From: Tortispora ganteri
Lineage: Eukaryota
Length of the DNA: 64,000 nt
Direction: 5' to 3'
Assembly: GCA_003707115.1 (NCBI GenBank)
Contig: PPNB01000001.1
Coordinates: forward strand, 620,001-684,000
Shown here: positions 60,582 through 64,000 of the stretch, piece by piece
Numbering within the stretch: position 1 is the first letter of the stretch
How the letters are laid out: each line of letters opens with the position of its first letter
Program-made: the position numbers and the translations under genes
The notes under the pieces: generated by a model
Told to the model about the DNA's origin: nothing
The model's database searches: none
What the model saw: only the letters and a program-made list of their open reading frames with translations

Positions 60582-62246
60582 TTAGGCGGAGACAGAATTA
60601 CCCAATTGCATTTTTAACTTTGATATTTCATTATCTAATTCTGCTCCATTTTGTTCTAGCGCTGCAATCGCATCAAACTGCCTGCTTTTGCGAGCATTGT
60701 CAATCATTTCTTTTACCATGAATTTCTGCTCTTCTAGAACAATTAGCTTCTGACGAAGTGAAACGACATCCTCTTCTGACAGACCTGGTTCTGGAGAGGC
60801 AGTTGATGATGCACGCTGAGATGAGAAAGTTTTGGGAAGGTTCTGCAGAGGAAGCATATGAGTTTGCAAGAATGAGACAGATTGAGTGTAGATAGATTTC
60901 TGGAGTTTTTTTTGTGCTTCTGATTGGGTAGGAAAGTTCAGAATTCGTTTAGCTGCAATATCGTATTGAGTGAAGGAATCCAAAAGCTTTTGCCGGATTT
61001 TCTTTGCTTCATATAACTGTTCTTTATTAGGCGGTGCTGACTCATCAGACAAAGCTTCTAATAACTTTTCAAATCGTGGAAGGGTATCTGTGATGCCCAC
61101 TTGAAATTGCGTAAGAACCATATATGCACGAAGAAATGGAGAGTCTGTAGTAGATTTTTTTCGAGAAGAGGCACGGGAATTGAGGACCATGCGACATCTT
61201 TTGCACATGCGCACTGATACCGTTTTTGGATCATTTTTTTCAGTTGCAGCTTCAGGAACTATTTGTATATCTATATCAATGGAACAATTTGTTGCTGGGT
61301 CTGAGCAGACAACTTGCCCACACAGGCGACAATGATGCTTTCGCAAAGATATGGAGAAGTTCCTTGAGCAGTATCTGCAAACAGTTATATCTTGATCTTT
61401 TTCCCAAGGCACAACAGATTGTTCAATTTCATGGACCTTATTGCTATAAGTCAGTCGGGCATAGAATGGCGGTTTGGAAGGTAGTACCGACATACTTTCG
61501 ACATATCGAGTCAGTCTATTTTCCAACCTATTTGCTTCTAAACGTTTTGAAGCAATAACGGTTGCCCGTAGCTTGGAGAATGCAGAAGTAAGAGATTTCT
61601 GTGCGCCTGTAGTGTCCATGTATCCAGGACGAGAAGTGTAACAAAGTTCGCATACTGTAGACCATATTCCGTTTTCTGGGTCATGTGTGGCATCCTGTGC
61701 AAGCCTCATGCTAAACTGGAGATGGTTTGTACAGTAAAAATTACCGCAACAGGCACAGTTCCCGAAGGGGGAGCGAATTGACATTTTCTTATTACATGAA
61801 GGTTGAGAGCATTTCTCTTTATCAGAGGGCAATTTCCAATGGGCACGAGTAACTTCAGGGGCAGGTGAAGGAGTTCGCGTGTCATCGGTGCTACTGGCCG
61901 GACTGTCGTCGAAGATATCAAGTTTACTTAGACGATTGAGGGCAGCAACAGTTGGTAGCTGGCGGGCTTTAGCCACACTCTTTTTGAGCCAGTTAGGTTT
62001 TGCACTGGAAGGTACGTCAGTATGGGCATCGTCCAGGTGTCTGTTGAGTTGTGCAAGAGAGACCATCTCTTTATTACATATGGGACATATGAATCGTTCA
62101 ATTTCGTTAATTGTGGATGTTTCGGAGGATAACAGCGATTCCGACGATGGTGACACAGCATCCACAAGATGAGAATTAGCTGTCAAAGTATCCTTATACG
62201 GATTTTCAGGCTTGCCGAGCACCCGCCGAGGTTTTGGGCGGTCCAT
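60582..62246 (-). CDS. PEP7: Rabenosyn-5/Vac1 endosomal effector (C2H2 plus two FYVE-type fingers)
   Basis: CPICNKEMVSLAQLNRHLDDAH, RKHHCRLCG FYVE, LIVLEEQKFMV Rab-binding helix; ATG at 62246. Confidence 0.88.
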   Translation of the reverse strand: MDRPKPRRVLGKPENPYKDTLTANSHLVDAVSPSSESLLSSETSTINEIERFICPICNKEMVSLAQLNRHLDDAHTDVPSSAKPNWLKKSVAKARQLPTVAALNRLSKLDIFDDSPASSTDDTRTPSPAPEVTRAHWKLPSDKEKCSQPSCNKKMSIRSPFGNCACCGNFYCTNHLQFSMRLAQDATHDPENGIWSTVCELCYTSRPGYMDTTGAQKSLTSAFSKLRATVIASKRLEANRLENRLTRYVESMSVLPSKPPFYARLTYSNKVHEIEQSVVPWEKDQDITVCRYCSRNFSISLRKHHCRLCGQVVCSDPATNCSIDIDIQIVPEAATEKNDPKTVSVRMCKRCRMVLNSRASSRKKSTTDSPFLRAYMVLTQFQVGITDTLPRFEKLLEALSDESAPPNKEQLYEAKKIRQKLLDSFTQYDIAAKRILNFPTQSEAQKKLQKSIYTQSVSFLQTHMLPLQNLPKTFSSQRASSTASPEPGLSEEDVVSLRQKLIVLEEQKFMVKEMIDNARKSRQFDAIAALEQNGAELDNEISKLKMQLGNSVSA

Positions 62247-62728
62247 TGTCGGTAAAGGCTCAATTATAAGAGAGAAGTGTAATGTGAGGGTATGGCGACA
62301 CAACCTGCGGATGTAAAGAAGCCGAGAAATCGAGTAAATCAAGCGCGGTACGTACAAATACAAAACGTCCGGCTATATATGGACCGCCTCCTCCCCGATA
62401 TACGGTATTTTGGGCTATTGGTGGGTTGCAGCCCCTTTAGCAGTGGGGTTGACTACTTCTAGGTGTACACAGACGGTGCAACGTCCCAGAGCCAGAACTA
62501 GTATATGGAGCCATTATAATCCAAAGTGCCAGTTCTTGATCGAAAACGAAGCCTGTAAGAGCTCAATTTTGAATCTAAAGACACTAATAGACGTTGTTAA
62601 ATTTCGACGTTTTATAAGAAAACGTTGTAAAATAAACAACTTCGTTTGAATTTTAGTATCCAATTGTTCACAAAGCCGTACATTCCCTCTGTGGAAGCTA
62701 AACTTTTGTCTTACAACTACAACATCCC

Positions 62729-63121
62729 ATGAAGGTCAATACGGCATCACGGAATGACATAGATGTGTCAGTTGTATCATTTATAGATAAAATTGTTATT
62801 ACTATATCAAAAAATGGTAAATTAGGACAATTCTATTCTGTGGATTTGCTGCCAGGACTGGGTCGCGCTTCTGATGAAGACGATCTACTTTTGACGCATT
62901 TAACACCTAAACCGCTGTTTGGCCAATCACCGCTGGGTGAACTCTATGCCTGCAGAATAGCCTCGCATATTTCGAGAATGGCCCCTGAAGAGTCCAGAAC
63001 ATTGCTTATAGCTATAGGCGGTCTTATTCCGCCGCCTTCTGCCGGGGTCAACTACTCGACCGAGAACGAAACCCTGAACACCTGCATAGACCTACTCGAC
63101 AAGTGCTCGGTATGGTCTTAA
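62729..63121 (+). CDS. Proteasome assembly chaperone 3 (PAC3)-like
   Basis: F.DKIVITIS.NGKLG, HLTP..L.G, LYA..IAS.I...P.E.R.LL..IG pattern; the start may lie further upstream. Confidence 0.65.
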   Translation: MKVNTASRNDIDVSVVSFIDKIVITISKNGKLGQFYSVDLLPGLGRASDEDDLLLTHLTPKPLFGQSPLGELYACRIASHISRMAPEESRTLLIAIGGLIPPPSAGVNYSTENETLNTCIDLLDKCSVWS

Positions 63122-63484
63122 AATTACCTACAAAAGGATAATTACTCTGTTCTCAATCTGCTCTATTTGTACCCTTAGTAAATTATGAGCAACATACATT
63201 TTATCTGCTGGTTGTCTTTCATTTTCCCTATTAGGTAACAGCCTCTATCGTATGGACCCTATCACATACATCCTTCTGGATCTCTAACAGAATTGGCTTG
63301 TCCCTGCCAGCTAATCTTCTCCAAATAAGGACGCTATACGCTCACAGGCATGCGTGTTATTTTCTCATATATCCCATACCGGTGAGAATAACCGATTTGC
63401 AACAGGCCACGCAATACTTCGAAATGAATATAAATACATGTCTCTTTTCGCTTTTTGTATCATCATCACCACTCCTATTCGACA

Positions 63485-64000
63485 ATGCAAAAATTCGCTA
63501 TCGCAGCTGCCGCTCTTTCTTCCATTGCTTCTGCCTCTGCTGCCGCTTCTGCTGAAGCCAAGGCCACCGCTTTCACACCCTCTTCCGAGGTCATCTTCCA
63601 TCCTCCTAACGTGAAGGCTAGCTACTGCTCTTTAGTCCGTGATGCTGGAAACGGTCGCTTCGAACCCGTACAGTCCTACGCTGTTGGAAATGCCCAGGCT
63701 GCAGCTGACATTGCTTTCCGCATTGCTCCTTCCATTGCTGCCGGAAAGTATTTCTTCGCTGTCGGTAACGACCGCGATGTCTATTTTTCCAATGCTTTTA
63801 CCATCGAAAGCTGCCAAAATGTCAATGCTGTTGGATTCTGCCCCCCTGTCACTCCTTGCAGAGATGGCTGCGGAATTTCATTCGCCGCCCCTCAACCGGT
63901 CTCTGCTACCGGTGGACTACCCTCTCTGGTTTGCCTCGAGGGCGACTGCGTTGCTATTTCTAACGCAGTCGTAAAGGCAGAAGCATCTGCCGAAGCTGCT
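63485..64000 (+). CDS. Secreted Ala-rich, Cys-containing cell-surface protein (partial; runs off the window)
   Basis: Open from ATG 63485 to the window end: MQKFAIAAAALSSIASASAAA...GKYFFAVGNDRDVYFSNAFTIESC...; signal peptide, biased codons, TATAAATA at about 63429; absent from the ORF track. Confidence 0.8.
   Translation, partial: MQKFAIAAAALSSIASASAAASAEAKATAFTPSSEVIFHPPNVKASYCSLVRDAGNGRFEPVQSYAVGNAQAAADIAFRIAPSIAAGKYFFAVGNDRDVYFSNAFTIESCQNVNAVGFCPPVTPCRDGCGISFAAPQPVSATGGLPSLVCLEGDCVAISNAVVKAEASAEAA

Noticed and set aside
1..64000. Transposons, LTRs, rRNA, CRISPR arrays
   Set aside because: No transposase, RT or integrase ORFs, terminal repeats or arrays were seen

Overview
Gene-dense, intron-poor fungal nuclear DNA, most consistent with an early-diverging Saccharomycotina yeast. 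The basis is short introns with CTAAC branch sites close to the 3' AG, intergenic gaps often under 150 bp, and retention of MOCOS, METTL16, PPT1, an L-2-hydroxyglutarate dehydrogenase and a THOC5-like gene. The window holds about 40 protein-coding genes, mostly conserved housekeeping genes, and one tRNA-Met. Several genes needed manual splice correction (STE24, GPH1, CDC53, METTL16-like), and four are missing from the ORF track. The main discovery is a tandem pair of tiny genes at 59029-59133 and 60259-60363 that encode the identical 34-aa CAAX peptide MESITFNIKPTTTSAAPAEVSAPKNEGYAYCNIM, with 9 synonymous and 0 non-synonymous differences. Each copy has a promoter carrying (G)TCATTGT HMG-box (MATa2-type) sites, an adjacent Mcm1-like box and Ste12-like PREs, so this is very probably the a-factor-class lipopeptide mating pheromone locus. 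Other points of interest are a 640-nt AUG-free leader ahead of ornithine decarboxylase, a METTL16-like gene interrupted by two +4A introns, a likely pseudokinase and an amyloid-like strand in a cell-wall protein. All identifications come from recognising motifs by eye; no database search was run.
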